From the human T2T-CHM13v2.0 reference genome, Homo sapiens, in NCBI RefSeq assembly GCF_009914755.1, contig NC_060925.1: a stretch of 64,000 nt of DNA, one strand, 5' to 3'. The stretch's first letter is position 1. Every line of letters starts with the position of its first letter. Positions 1 to 22,388 of this stretch are shown here, one piece after another. The notes under the pieces are model-generated. The model ran no database searches and was not told the DNA's origin. It worked only from the letters and a program-made list of their open reading frames with translations. Position numbers and translations under genes: made by a program.

Positions 1-59
1 GTCCTAAAGAGAATGCAGAGATTTTGTAGGGTTTTAGATAGAATAGAGATGAAGAAAGT

Positions 60-830
60 TTGCATTTAGTAGATAATTCTGAAAGTCATGTGAAATATGA
101 TTCAGAGAAGAAGCAAGACTAGAGGCAGATAGATAAATTTGGAGTAGGCTAATTTCATTAGTCCAAGAGTAAGACTATGAGAACCTGAACCACAGTCATG
201 ATAGCAAAAATGAAAGAAACTGTAAATTCAAGAATTATTTCAGAGGTAAAATTAGCTGGATTTAGTGATTGAATAAAAGTGGTATAGGAACCAAGTGGAT
301 AAAGGAATCAGGACAAAAGCCAGGTTTATAACCTTCATGATTAGATGAATGATTATATCCATAGCAAGAGGAGGAAGAGAGAGAGAGAGACAGAGAGAGA
401 AAGAAACCAAGACAGAGAGGGAGAGAGGCGGGGGATGCGGGGGAGTGGTAACATAAATTCAATTTTTATTACTTCACTTTCATGAAGTTACATATGAGTC
501 TGAACCTGTGAGAAGAGTTTTGGGAAAAGATGTGGATTGAGAAGGGCAAAAAGCAGATGATGAAACCCTAAGTAGTGCAAACTTTATTTAATGGGCAGAA
601 GTAGGAGTAAAAAGACTACGTACAAGGTCAAGAATAGTAATCAGAAACGTAGAAGCATAACCAGGAGAAAGTGGAATGATAGAAGCCAAGAAAAAGCAGT
701 TTTCCAAGAAGGAGGGAATAGTGAATATTCACTGCCACAGAGGCACCTAGTAAAATAAAGGCTGAAACATACATGTGTTCCCAATACATGTTCCCAAACA
801 TATATGCATTTCAGATTAAAAAAAATGAAT
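60..830 (-). mobile_element. Ancient L2 fragment with a (GA)n tract
   Basis: Purine-rich degenerate L2-like sequence; boundaries approximate. Confidence 0.45.
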
Positions 831-879
831 AATAAGTATAGAAGACAATTTTCAGTTAGTTGAGAAGTTATTTACTCCG

Positions 880-2730
<1,851 letters not shown>

Positions 2731-4845
2731 TTTACTCCATGTACTTTTTTCTACCCCTTCTTTTCTTTTTAACTATTTTGAAGAAGTTAGTTTTAGTTGT
2801 GCCTTTTGCACACAACATTGAGCTGGGTTTTGCTTTGGAACCAAATAAGAAAATGTTTTTCTCTTCTAATAGAAGATTTAAGTTCTTTATAAGAATTTTA
2901 TAGGTTTTTTAAATATCTATAGTGTGTGCAGATACAGCTTTTTAAAACTTTTCACTATATGGTCTGCTTTCGTTGCTCATTATATTGCTGCTATTGCTGC
3001 TGTTGCAGTAGTTTTTACATTTATTTTGCTATTTAGGAAGAAGGGTATTTTTAGGTAGTTTATTTATGCTATTATTTTAAAATAATATCCTACTTCCACA
3101 GGTTTTGGGCAATGTCTATTTGTTATCATAAAAAATAAAATAAAATTGGCTTACAACTTCTTTCTTTCGTCTCCTTCTTTCCAACTCCTCCATCATCTAA
3201 GTTTATTCAATGTTAAGATCTTTCTTGGTGTTTATATTGGTTCTTTTAAATATGTTTAGAATTCTACTATTCTATTTCAGCTTTAAATTTTATTATTTGA
3301 CTCCCACCTATAACCTATGAAGGAAGAAATGAAGGGAAGGAAGGACAGAAAAAAGAAAAGTAAAAGAAAGAATATAAGGAAGATAAAACCATTGAAAAGT
3401 CCATCAGTGAAAGAATAATTAAATAAATTATGTTACCCCCAGCTTATAAAATGCTATTCAGTTATTATAAAGTCAACCTGTATATGTTAACATTACAATT
3501 GCTTATTTTATTTTGGGTGAAAATATAAGTCCTACAACAATATATACACTATGATACATAATATATAGCCCACTTATATATAAAAACCAATGTGTATATA
3601 AATACATATTTAAGTGTGTATATTTACATCTGGGAAGAAACAGAGCAAACTCTTTACAGTGCTAATCTCAGGACCAAGGAAGTAGATCTGAGGTATTTGA
3701 GAGAATAAGGGAAATTATATCACTAATGTTATTTACATTTGTATTGTTTGGATTGTCTTACAATGTCAAAGAGCTGCTCCTTTATTTTAGGAAAATAATA
3801 AATTACTTTAAAATTGTAATTTTAAAAATATCTTGTCATAGAGTAATTTACTTGATGCTAAGTATACACATTAACTGAATTTGTATTTTCTCATAAATTG
3901 TTTCTAAAGTACATAATGACAAAATGCCTGTCAAATTGAAACCTTGCATATTGTCTAAAAACTAGTCTTTCATTTAAATTTGAGAAGTGTATTAGGCAAA
4001 CTGCTTCTCAGTTTTGGTTAGACTTTTTACGCTTCCCATTGCCTCCATTTTTTCTCAAAGGAATCAGGCTCGGTTTCCCTGAATTTGGGTTTAATGTGTA
4101 ATGTTCTCTAGCATTTTGATCTTTCTTTTTCTTGAAGAAAAAGACAGATATCAATAAATTCTTAACTTCTCTTTGAGAAATTAAAGTTTCTCTGGGCAGA
4201 ACCAGGTAGCATCCTTCTAAGCTTTGGAATACCCTGGGGCAATCACCATGTTAGTGATTCTTTGATCTTTGACTTAGTGTCCTATGCTACAAGGATGGCA
4301 CATCTTCTAAGCAAAGTTTGCTTTCATATTCATCAGAATAAAATTTATCTCACAAAATAAAACTATTTAAAAAGCAAAATGGTAATTATTGTAACATTAT
4401 TTTCAACATCTCACAAATCTAATTGAAGTGATAATTCAATGAAGCTATTACAATTTGCCAAATCACCTGGCTAGATTGTGCCTTTTCATCAAGCTATCTT
4501 TTACTTCTGCCATCATCTCACTTTCTACATGACTTTTTCAAACTTTCTCCCCTCTCCTCAGTCCTTCAACTTGTCTCCCACGATAGCCCTCCACAGGGGA
4601 AATAAAAAACACATGACATGAATGTGCTTATTCCTGCCACAAATTCACTTTTCCTAGCCAAGGGCCATCCCTTTACTTATGGCACTGGTCCCATCTCTTC
4701 TTATTTTTTCAAGAATCTTCTACAATCTGTTATGCAATATTTTCTCAACATCTTCCACCTGGTTCTTCATTCTAATGTAATGTAAACATGCTCAAACTGT
4801 TCAAATTTCTCCCATTTTATTAAAACAAAAATCTTCTTTATGTAT

Positions 4846-5159
4846 TTCTTTTTTCTTTCTTTTTTTTTTTTTTTTTTTTTTTGAGATGGAATCTTGCTCT
4901 GTCGCCCAGGCTGGAATGCAGTGACTCAATCTCGGCTCACTGCAACCTCTGCCTCCTAAGCTCAAGCAATTCTTCTGTCTCAGCTTCCTGAGTAACTGGG
5001 ATTACAGGCTCATACTACCACGCCCAATTTTTGTATTTTTAGTAGAGACAGGGTTTCACCATATTGGTCAGGCTGGTCTTGAACTCCTGACCTCAGATGA
5101 CCCACCTGCCTCAGCCTCCCAAAGTGCTGGGATTATAGGCTTGAGCCACAGCGCCCGGC
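4846..5159 (-). mobile_element. AluS
   Basis: Poly-T followed by an antisense Alu dimer. Confidence 0.93.
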
Positions 5160-5569
5160 AGACCTCCTTTATTTCTATCCCTCCATTCACTGTCACACAT
5201 ATTGGCAAGCTCACTACATTCATATTTCTGATTTTTTGTACCTTACATTTATTCCTCATCCTACTCTCGTCTCAATTTCCTACTGGATGCTCTTTCTTTC
5301 AAGGTAATCAATAATAACCAAACAGCATTTTTAGTCCCCATCTCTTCTGCTTTTCATTCAAATAGTTTGGCCATTTCTTATCAGTTTCCTTTGTTGTATC
5401 TTGTCCTATTCCCAAACACTAAACTTTGGTGCCTCAAAGCCCTGAAGTAGGCCTACATCTATCTTCACCCTGAAAAACTCGTCTATTACCTTAGTTTTAT
5501 TAAACACCTACTGACTTATGACTCCAAATTATGCCTAGTGCTCTGTTCTGATACCCAGGCTTATGTAAC

Positions 5570-5995
5570 TGTTACAGATTGAGCTACCCAGGGAAGTCAG
5601 CCTTGAGATGGAAATTAGCAGACAAGAGGACTTTCAGGGAGTATTCTTGGGCTTCACACCTGGGGAAGGGAAACGAAGGAAGTCAAAAGGGAGAAGTTGA
5701 GTTGCAATGTCATTTCAACCAGAGGCCCCAGTCAATACTATGAGGAACTCAGAAGCTGAAATTACTCTTTAGAACTGTCCTGAGTTTGGGTGAGGAGCCT
5801 TTTCTTTATAAGTCCTGTTGATCAATCATTAGTGTAGGCCAACCTGGGAAGAAGCTATGACCTTAGGGAAAGAGGCTCCCTTAAGCTGAGGCAACCCCTT
5901 TTAGGGAACTGATAAGTGAGAGCTCCCAGTAGCTGGAAAAGTAAGTCTTTGTGTTTCTGAAGGAAATCTAGGTGGTTCATCAAAGCATCAACCAT
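5570..5995. mobile_element. Old ERVL-type LTR (LTR16-like)
   Basis: Resembles recalled LTR16 consensus (cccagggaagtcagccttgagatgga...); sits between L2-like segments. Confidence 0.4.
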
Positions 5996-6010
5996 AAGAA
6001 TCAAGTGCTT

Positions 6011-6136
6011 CCTCAAGAATCACTTGAACCTGGGAAGAGAAGGTTACAGTGAGCTGAGACGGTGCCACTGCACTCCAGCTCTGTCTGGGTGACAGAGCGA
6101 GACTCTGACTACAAAAAAAAAAAAAAAAAAAAAAAA
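6011..6136 (+). mobile_element. 5'-truncated Alu right arm
   Basis: Poly-A tail; TSD aatcaagtgctt at 5999-6010 and 6137-6148. Confidence 0.9.
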
Positions 6137-6149
6137 AATCAAGTGCTTA

Positions 6150-7030
6150 CTTAGTCTTTTCACTTTCCTATCTCACAGATACCTCAAAAGCACATTTCCA
6201 AAATTATTAATAAAACTCTTCATGCTAATCCCCACTCCCTCCCATTGCTTCTCCTTGCCATTCTTCCTATCATATTTAGATAGCCACTTAGTCAAGCCAA
6301 AACCTAGGAGTCCTCCTGAACTCTTTTCTCTGCCTCACTGTCCCCCACATCTAATCAATTATCATTATAATGATGTCACATCCTAAATATCTTATTTCAG
6401 CCTATTTTGTACCATCCTGCTGCTGCCACCGGTGTAAGTGACTACCTTATCTTTGCCAGATGACTGCCTCGTTTTCCTCAGTGATTTCTCTTTGCCCACA
6501 CTTTTTGCCCTTCAGATCAGTCTCTCCATATTACAGTCAGTGATGTCTTTTAAAAATTCCCAGTAAGCATCGCATTCTATTTAGTGACTTCCAAAATCTT
6601 TAATTTGACCTACAAAGGCCTTCACAATCAGGGCTCCAACCTCTCCAAGTTTCGCATACTCCTCTCTGTCCTTCACTCCTTTCCACTCAATCCATACTGG
6701 GTTTTTATTAGCTTCTTGGAAATGTCATGTTCTTTGCTGTATTTCATGTTCTTTCTCTACATGAATTCTTATCATTTCTCCCATCCAATCTCAGCCTATA
6801 TGTCACTTATATATCACTTCCTCACTGAAGACTTTTTAAACACCCAGTACTAGGCAGTATCATCTGGTGTTTACTGACAAAGATGGTGTCTTTGCTGCCA
6901 TGCCTTATTTTGTAAGGATTTGCTTATATCTTTCTTCCGCTCCGAGAGACAAGCTCCACAAGAGCAGAAACAGTCTGTGTCTTATTCATTGTTTTATTTT
7001 CAGTGCTCGGTGTAATGCCTAGCATAGAGT
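6150..7030 (+). mobile_element. L2 3' region
   Basis: Pyrimidine-rich degenerate L2 motifs (caagccaaaacctaggagtcctcctgaactc; gtcttattcattg...gcctagcatagagt); approximate. Confidence 0.55.
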
Positions 7031-8218
7031 ATGAGCTTTGACTTTGCAAATGCCATTCCTTCTACTTGAAGTGTGTTTTCTAGTTTTGTAAACCTCAGAT
7101 TTACTTTAACTTTTTTCCAAGAAGCTTCCTATACCACATTCATACAAAAAAAAAAAAAGGTTAAATACTACCTACTTTGTGCCACCACTTTACTTCGTAC
7201 ATGCTTCCACTGTTGCACTTTTCAAAATTTTTATTTCTTTAGCATGTGGAGTTTACTTTGAGCTGCACTGCCTAAATAATTTTTTATCTCCTCGCAACAT
7301 ATAAAAATCAGTGCATTTCACAATTAACAAATCAGAACATATGGCAATACTGGATACAATATTCCCCCATGACAATTATTCACCTTGAGCGAAGTAGTTG
7401 TCCAGGTTAAACAGTGCATGCCATCTCCAGTTCACTAGAAATATCACTAGATAAGCCACAATCATCACCCATTTTGAGTCTGCAATCACTAGTACAAGTT
7501 TATCTCTTTTACTAAGTAAGTAGTTTTTTACTTTGTGAGTTCTTTGAAATAACGAGGTGAATTTTAATCATTTTGAATCCTGTACTACCCAGCATGTTCC
7601 CTGGGATATAGCAGGTGCTCAATAATGTTATTTAATTGATAGATTGGGAAATTTATTTAAAAAGATTAATGCTTTTCTGTTGATATTTAATTTTAATTAA
7701 ATTTCCATTTTTATGAGATCCACTGTGGGAACCTACTACAGGAGATTAATTAAAATAATGAATATGAACTCAAGGACAGTTCTGAAATATACATGTTTAA
7801 CATTGAATGAATTAATACTTATTTAATCCACAGAGTTAGGTCAGCTGTGGCATCATTTCCAAAAGAAGCTATTTCATACCCAGCAGTAGAGAATTGTACA
7901 TTGGGCATTTGAGAATATCATCGTAATGAGAAACTAAGATCTTGAGTTAGAAAAACTGAGTAGTTTCTAGAAAGGAAAACTCGTTCTAATACCAACAACC
8001 AATCCTAATCGGGGTCCTAGTATCTGGGTACTAGTGCTATTACATATGCTTATGAATGAGCTGAAATAATTAGAAGTATAACTCTCACTTCAAATGAAAA
8101 AGTGACAGTGTTGCTGTTTCATGTCTCTAACAGACCTTGATAATACTGACACTCATTTTTTGATGCTTGTAGAACTCTCTTATTTCAGATTTTGTAGTCT
8201 GCATAATTCCAAAAATTA

Positions 8219-8573
<355 letters not shown>

Positions 8574-9033
8574 TCATTCTTTCTTTAATTGTGTCTCTTT
8601 AACAATATTTGAGCACATGTTCAAATATGGTAGTACACCACCTCATAAACAATTTGGTTATTAACGTTGTAGCAAATATTACAGTTAATTTTAAAAGTTT
8701 TTTACATTTAGAAAGTCTGAAGGGCAGTCTCTTCTGCCTTTAATAAGGCAGATCCTCTAATACAGCATATAGTTTCTTATCTCTAGTGTGTTTGGCCCTT
8801 TAATAGTGACATAAACTTTGAATTAAGGGTAACAAAAGCCTTAATATTAATAAAGATGATGACGAATGTGAATGTGAAATTTTTGCACATACAGTATATT
8901 GAAAACAACTATATAGTCTAGTCAATGGGCATTAGGAAATGAAAATATGATGTGTAGATTAATTTGTAACAGATGGAAGACATACAAAAGAGATTAAGTT
9001 CTACATCAAATCATACAAACTAAAAATTAGACA

Positions 9034-9039
9034 TTTATT
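9034..9039 (-). terminator. F13B: F13B poly(A) signal AATAAA
   Basis: First canonical hexamer, about 165 nt after the stop, followed by GT/T-rich sequence on the minus strand. Confidence 0.75.
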
Positions 9040-9201
9040 GGTTTTCATTTATAAATAACGAAATGTTCAGCACAAATAATTTAGATTCAAATATTTAAGC
9101 AAGGAAAAACTCCGAAGTTTTTAACTTATTTCCTCAAAATTATATTTTATAAGGAATTTCATGATGTATTGAAATATGACTCCTCTTTCTGCCATTCATT
9201 T

Positions 9202-9235
9202 CTATGTTCTTAAGGGTTCTTGATAAGACAGAGTG
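9202..9235 (-). CDS. F13B: F13B exon 12 coding part (S-TLSYQEPLRT*)
   Basis: tcaag| acceptor; 34 nt ending in TAG; exon lengths sum to 1986 nt = 661 aa + stop. Confidence 0.96.
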
Positions 9236-10345
9236 CTTGAGGGGAAAAAGAGAGATTTTTGAAATAAGCATCAATTGCAGTCAGGTGTTAATTACAATCT
9301 CAGCCTTTCAATTTTTCATATAATGAGTCATTGTTTTTATTAAGTACTAATAAGAATAAATGATCTTACTTAGTAAATAATACCACCAGTTCCCTTTTAA
9401 AAATGCAATATTATTTACTACACTACTCATGATTTTTTAAATATTTTCTACGTGTTTACCTTTTTCTCTTAAAAGTGAGAAATTCATACTGTACCAAAAC
9501 ATTTAAATAGCATATAAAATTTTTTCCACCCTGATGCTACCACAATTAGAAATAAAAATAAAAATTTTTCCCACTATTGTGTGTCTTTTAAATATTTTTT
9601 TACTAGAGTGGTCAAAGCATCTAAAAAACTGACTTTATGTAGTTCATACAGTTCATTGTTTGCATTTTTTAAAACAGGACCACATGCACTTTGCCACTAC
9701 TTATATTTTTAATATTCTTAGTTGAACAAAAAATATAATTTCCATTTTTTATATATAGTGTCTTCAAAAAGGGTTAAAATTGTGATCCTACAAAATGGTT
9801 TACATCATTTTATTATACTTTTTTAACATTTCTCTAAGAAAATTGTTAAATTATTTCCTGTAAGTAGCAGAGGATATATTTTTTAAACTGTCATATGAGG
9901 AAACACTTTAGTATGTAATTTCCAAAAGTTACACAAAAATGTGGTCCTGAAAATAAATACCACATTTTCCAACCTTTATTAGTAGTGCTTGAACTTATAT
10001 TGAGAAGTAGGAGAAAGTGTGATTTTTGTCCTTATCACAGAACATATAGGTTAATTTTTGCACATTGAAATATTGCACGTATAAATTGGTTTATTTTTCC
10101 ATTTGCCAAAGTGTCACAAATATCAAATGGCAAACGTTGCTTTCACTTCAGACAATTCAGAAGGCCTGTTGAATTGATTACCACTTCCAGTTGTTTGTTT
10201 GGTGTAAAAAAAATGAAGAAAATATTATTATTTTTTCTTTGCAATTGCCATAAAGTATGAGTGGTATAGAACATAACATTTCTGAAATGTTGAATAACAA
10301 TCTGACCAAAAAAAATAATCTGACCAAAAAAAAAAAACTTCTTAC

Positions 10346-10559
10346 CTTTGTCTTGGAATACATCTTGGATATTTTAACTGCCCTCTGTCACATTGCATTC
10401 TAAGTATAGATCCAGTAATATATAATTCAGCTGGATAAGTATCTCCTCTACAAATAAACTCAATATATTCACCATGCAAAATGTGTGGTCTATTGTCAAA
10501 ATCCCATTTCAGAAGTAAATTATTCTTTTCCATTTCAGTAAAAGATAATGTGCATGGCT
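10346..10559 (-). CDS. F13B: F13B exon 11, Sushi 10 (contains RGD)
   Basis: 214 nt; cccag| and |gtaaga; EPCTLSFTEM...YPRCIPRQ; the following intron is phase 2. Confidence 0.97.
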
Positions 10560-11424
10560 CTGGGAACAACAATTTAAAAAAAAAGAAAGAAAAAGAAGAA
10601 AACTATCTTGTTACATCTTGGTAAGAACAGGAATCGTTGTGTTGCCTACTCATGAGGACCTTAAAATTCTCAGGCCTAAGAGCAGCAAGTCAGTTAATCA
10701 GAATTAATATTTGAGTCAGAAAATATGTTCAAATCTCACAGAAAACAGTGAGCCATTTCTCTCTGTGGTCCTGGATTTGGAGAAAAGGTATTTTCTTCCA
10801 GTTTTAAAAACTAAAAGGTATTTTAGTTTTATGTCATTAGCTTTTTCAAAGATAGCAAACAAACAAAAAGGTATTTGGGGGGAAGCATTGACAGTTACTA
10901 ATGGTCATTGATATCATGCTCTTTTCCCTTTTCCTTCTTCAGAAAGTTCAAATAAAATTCTCATGAGACAAATTATTAATTGCTGTATAAATAACATTTT
11001 ATGGAAATGTAGATTCTCAACACTGACCCAAGCTTTATAACCTCATGCCATCCAAAATGGTTGACAGTTACTTCTCTTTCAAATTTCTAGTTAAGAAATA
11101 TCAAGACTGGATTAAGACGTTTTAAATTCTAAGCATACAAAGTATAGTTGTGTCCTTTCCCATGTATCGTAAACCAAAGAGAATGGTAAAGTATGTATTA
11201 AAATACACAAAAAAACCTCTTCGATTTTTTTTACAGAATAAAAACATTAATATTTCTAAAATATCAAATATCAAATTATTTCAGAAAATGGGATTTCTTA
11301 TGTCCTTATTTGTCTCCTGGATGACCTAGCATTAAGGAATAACTTCTGAGACAGGTAAAAAGGTCCAGAGTTGCTAATATGGCATATCAATCATATACCT
11401 GTAGTACATTAACAAACTTACTTA

Positions 11425-11973
11425 CAGTATGCCCCTCCCTGATTGCCTACAGGGGATACATTTCAAGAGCCCCAGTGCATGCCTGAAACCGCAGATAATG
11501 CTAAACCCTGTTGTCATTCTTTTGGAACATGTTTCTGTTCATGTCTTCTGCCCACAAATTTAATGCCTCTTCCACCTCAACTAAACATTTATTATACACT
11601 GTGGCTTGTAACTTTTGCAGTTTGAGGTGCAACAACGAAACTAGCATGGATTTCTTTTTCCTTCTTCACACTTTCATAGACAGAAGACTCATTGTTACCA
11701 TGGATCTTAGCAACCTCAGCATACATTTATTTTTCCTTTCTTTTTAAGTTAAGAATTTCCGCCCTTTCACTTAAAGGAAGCACTTTACAGCTTCTTTTTA
11801 GCATATCTGGGGCAGGAAGGATGGAATGGCATGAAATTTTATTATACTACTAAGTGCATAATTTAAAATTTATAAGTTGTTTATTTCTGAAATTTTCAAT
11901 TTAACGTTTTCAGACTGCAGTTTATAGCAGGTAACTGAAACCACAGAAAGTGAAACCGCAGCTGAGAGCACTG
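11425..11973 (+). mobile_element. MER44/Tigger7-type DNA transposon
   Basis: ta|cagt...actg termini; ggggatacatttcaagagccccagtgcatgcctgaaaccgcag matches recalled MER44; about 550 bp. Confidence 0.75.
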
Positions 11974-12159
11974 TGTTCAGTTACTTTCTTCAACAACTAC
12001 TTATTAAATGCCTATGTGTCAAACATTATGCTGGAAGTGCTACAGGTGATGAAAATGAACAAGAATTATTACACTCATTACAAAATAGTTGTGAAAATGA
12101 AGTCGAATAGCACTATAATTTACGATGTCACTGTTCTACAGAACATGAGATTTAAATTA

Positions 12160-13790
<1,631 letters not shown>

Positions 13791-13800
13791 TCTCATTGTG

Positions 13801-17951
<4,151 letters not shown>

Positions 17952-18089
17952 AATATTATATATATATATGTGTATATATATATACACACACACCTATATG
18001 GAGAGAGAGAGAGAAAGAGGGAGATGACCAATGGGATATACATGGAGTATAGTAACATACACCTAGTATAGAAAGTTGGTAGGGTTGGT

Positions 18090-20050
18090 AGGTATAAACA
18101 GAAATATATTAGTAATTACATGAATATGTAAATAGACTATTCCATTACAAGGGAAAAAATTATAAACTGCATAAGTATATTTTAAAATAAGGTATATATT
18201 GCTTATAAGAGAGGCACACTAAAAGTAAAAACCCAGAAGGTTGAAAGTTAAGGGATGGAAAAATGTGTACTACATGAATGCTTGTCAAAAGCCCCTTGGT
18301 GCAGCTAAAGGAGACCTCAAGGCAAAAAAAAAGGCAAAGCATTACTATATATGAAGGAGGTCTTTTAAAATTAGACAATGCCAATACACCAAGATACGAA
18401 GATTTAGTGTCTCAATTTGTGTGTGTACCTAATGAAATAGTATCAAAATACAAAAGCAAAAATGGACAGAACTAAAATTAGTAATGTTTTAAAATGCCAA
18501 GTGAGACTTTAACATGCTTCTCTCAGTGATTGATAGAAAACAAACACACACAAATCAGTACAGCTTTGGATTAACTTAAACATCAAAAACAAAACTCAAT
18601 CCAATTCACATATATAAAACAGTGAACCCAACAATGACAAAGTTAACTTTTTTCAAGTATGAAAAGAACGTTTACCTAAAGCAAATACATGCTTGTTATA
18701 AAGCAAATATCAACAAATTTTAAAGTGCAGATATAATTCAAAGTATGTCTTAATTGAATTAAACTAGAAATCAGTAACCAAAAGAAAACTAGAAAATCCC
18801 CTAAATATTCAGAACTTTAAAAAGAAACTTCTAAATGATTCAGAGCACAGAGAATATATCAAAATGAATACTATAAAATTTTTGAGCTGAATGACAGTAA
18901 AAATCCAAGATATAAAAATGGTTTGGATGAAGTTAAAGTTGTGCTCAGAGAGAAATTTCTATTTTTAAATTCATGTATTAGAAAAAATATAAATGCTGAA
19001 AATTAGTAATCTATGTATTCATCTAAACAAGCCAGAAAAAGAGTAACAAAAGAAATCCAAGAACATAGAAGAAAGGAAATAATAAAGATAATAGCATAAT
19101 TAATAAAATAGAAAGCAAAATTTGATGAATCAACAAATGCAAATGTTGGTTTTTTGAAAACACTAATAAAATGTATAGACCCTTAGCAAGGCATGTCAAG
19201 ACAGATACATATTAATAGAAGTAATAACAAAAGATACATCAATAAAAACATCAAAAAGAGGATAGGAAGATGTCATAACTACTTTATGTTAGTAGATTTG
19301 ACAATGTAGTTGTAATGAACCATCAAGAAACCACTCCCTACCAAAACTGACAGAAGAAGAAATAATTACCATTATTTGTTAAACAAATCGAAGCTGTCAA
19401 TTTGTCTTTTCACGGAAAAACTCAAGTCCCAGATGGCTTCTCTGGTTAACTCTTAAAATTATAAAGGAAGAAATAGCATCAATCCAGAGAACCAGAAAAG
19501 ACGGAACACTTCCCATTCATGGGATGAGGTCAGCACAGACTTGATATCAAACCAGAAAGGAAAATAACCAACCAGTCTTTCTCATGAAAATAGATGAGTA
19601 AAATATTGATAAATAAAAATATAACATATAATATGCATAATTTATCACAACCTTGTGGAATTTCTTATGGGAATAGAATCATGCTTTAACATTCAAAAGA
19701 AGCAATATAATTCATTAAATTTGCAGGGGAAAAAACAAAAGTAATAATTATGTAATTATTTCAACAGATATTGCTAAAAATTAAACACAGATTGAAGATT
19801 CTTTAAAAATACTTTCGGCAAAATAGAAAGAAAGGTTTTTATACCTTTAACTTGATTTTTAAAAAAATATTTATAACAACACATAGAGGTGAATTATCAA
19901 AGGTTTTACTTATGAGAATGGGAAGCAAATAAAGATATCCACTACCTCTTCCATTCAACATTGTACTGAAGTCCTAGCCAGTGAAAGAAGATAAGAGAAG
20001 TAAATAAAAGTCAGAATTGGAAATAAAAAATATTTTCTTATTATTTACAG
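18090..20050 (+). mobile_element. Old L1M ORF2 remnant, probably continuing 12160-13790
   Basis: Degenerate EN/RT motifs (caagtcccagatggcttctctgg; cattcaacattgtactgaagtcctagccagtg). Confidence 0.7.
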
Positions 20051-20520
20051 ATGTGCTATTTCATGCCTCTGAGGGCCTTAGTAAATGTTGTTACTCTTAC
20101 TAGGATGCCTTGCTAATAAAACATTAACTTGCTTCATCTTTCCATATTGAGTTGTCCATTTCTTTATTTCCGCATTGTTTTCTATTATACATGTTTCCCT
20201 AATGTTTTCTATTATAGTACCAATCACAATGAATGATAATTGTTAAAGTTTACTCACACCACTATGGCTTATTCAACTTATAGCCCATACCAACCTGATG
20301 TGTGGTTTGTCTTTAAAAAAATATGTATTACAACAAACTGAACTATAGGTATTTATGATCTAGAGGAAAGAATAGAAAGCAGTGATAAAATAAGCACATG
20401 AATAAAATAACACAAATGTAGCAAATATAGCATTATATTAGTGTTATGTTAACTCAAAAATGACAGCAAATTAAAAATATATAGTTTTACTTTGTTAGAG
20501 GCATATTTAGTAGTACATAC

Positions 20521-20703
20521 CTAAACACAATGGTGGTGTAGTCCACATTCCATCTAAACAATAGGCCTCCCTAGATCCTTCTAGGAAATGGTGATCAAAA
20601 CATCTGTATTCTACTGAAGAGCCATTTTCATAGGTGTCTACTGTTGAACTAATAATGACTCCATGTTTAATAAGAGGAGGAGATGTGCACATTCCTTTAG
20701 ATT
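20521..20703 (-). CDS. F13B: F13B exon 10, Sushi 9
   Basis: 183 nt; tgcag| and |gtatgt; ESKGMCTSPP...WTTPPLCL. Confidence 0.97.
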
Positions 20704-20765
20704 CTGCAAAAATAAGTTTTAAAGTATACAATGAATTGCTATAATGAACATCCAGTACTTTATAA

Positions 20766-21032
<267 letters not shown>

Positions 21033-21583
21033 ATAAAGCCATTTTTTAGGCAGTTCTCAAATATTTTTAAAATATTGAAGATGTTTTTGCAATAATATTA
21101 TACCATACAATGTATTTTTATAATTAGAATCCCACGTTATAGTGTTTACATGCATATTTAAAACTATGAGAGTATTAACAATCATGATTTTATTTCTCCC
21201 TAAGTGTATATGGGATTTTTCTAGAAGCCATGATTTCTGTATATATTATTTTCCTTTTCTTCCTTATTAAAAGTAATAGTCCCTATAGCCAGTGAGTACT
21301 GAGACAATGGGTCCCCAGAAAGCCCTAAGTAGAGCAATGCTTTACAGTGTTTGTTGTTGAGTGCTCACAAGAAGGTGATCAATTCTCTGATAGTCTGGCA
21401 ACATTTATAAAACCTCTTGATTTTTTCCCTTCATAAAATTGACTTATTGGAATTAAAAGATGTCAGCATGGCCATCCTATATAGGTATATATGCTGATTG
21501 AAGTTTGGAAGTTGGATCACTCCTCTCAACTTTATAGATTAGAATATGATGGTGGTGAATTGGGGTCATAGGTATAAATTTTC

Positions 21584-22388
21584 TCTAAAGATCAGCGATG
21601 TTGAGCTTTTTCCTCATATGTTTGTTGGCCACATAAATGTCTTCTTTTGAGAAGTGACTGTTTATATCCTTTGCCTACTTTTTGATGGTGTTGTTCGTTT
21701 TTTTCTTGTAAATTTGTGTTAAGTTCCATGTAGATTCTGGATATTAGACCTTTGTCACATGGGCAGATTGCAAAAATTTTCTCCCATTCTGTAAGTTTCC
21801 TGTTCACTCTGATGATAGTTTCTTTTGCTGTGCAGAAGCTCTTTAGGTTAATTAGATCTCATTTGTCAGTTTTGGCTCTCATCGCAATTGCTTTTGGCAT
21901 TTTCGTCATTAAGTATTTGCCCATGCCTATGTCCTGAATGGTATTGCCTAGGTTTTCTTCTAGAGTTTTTATGGTTTGGGGTTTTTACATTTAAATCTTT
22001 AATCCATCTTGAGTTAATTTTTGTATAAGGTGTAATCACAATGAGACACCATTTCACACCAGTCAGAATGGCAATTACTAAAAAGCCAAGAAACAATAGA
22101 TGCTGGTAAGGCTGGGGAGAAATAGGAATGCTTTTACACTGCTGATGGGAATGTAAATTAGTTCAACCATTGTGGAAGACAGTGTGGTGATTCCTCAAGG
22201 ACCTAGAACCAGAAATGAAATTCGACGCAGCAATTCCATTACTGGAATTGCAAACCACCATGGCACACGTATACCCATGTAACAAACCTGCACATTCTGC
22301 ACTTGTGTCTCAGAACTCAAAGTAAAATAAAATAAAATAAAACAAAATTAAAAAGAATAATAATAAGAAAAATAGCAACAAACTATAA
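21584..22388. mobile_element. 5'-inverted (twin-primed) truncated L1PA
   Basis: 21584-22034 antisense ORF2; 22035-22388 sense 3' part with A-rich tail; TSD ataaattttc. Confidence 0.88.

Noticed and set aside
10178-10363. 61-aa ORF spanning the exon 11 donor
   Set aside because: Low-complexity intronic frame, different from both the F13B frame and the latent exon frame
10438-10452. RGD motif in Sushi 10 as a new integrin-binding site
   Set aside because: Long noted in FXIII-B, and the sequence gives no evidence of function
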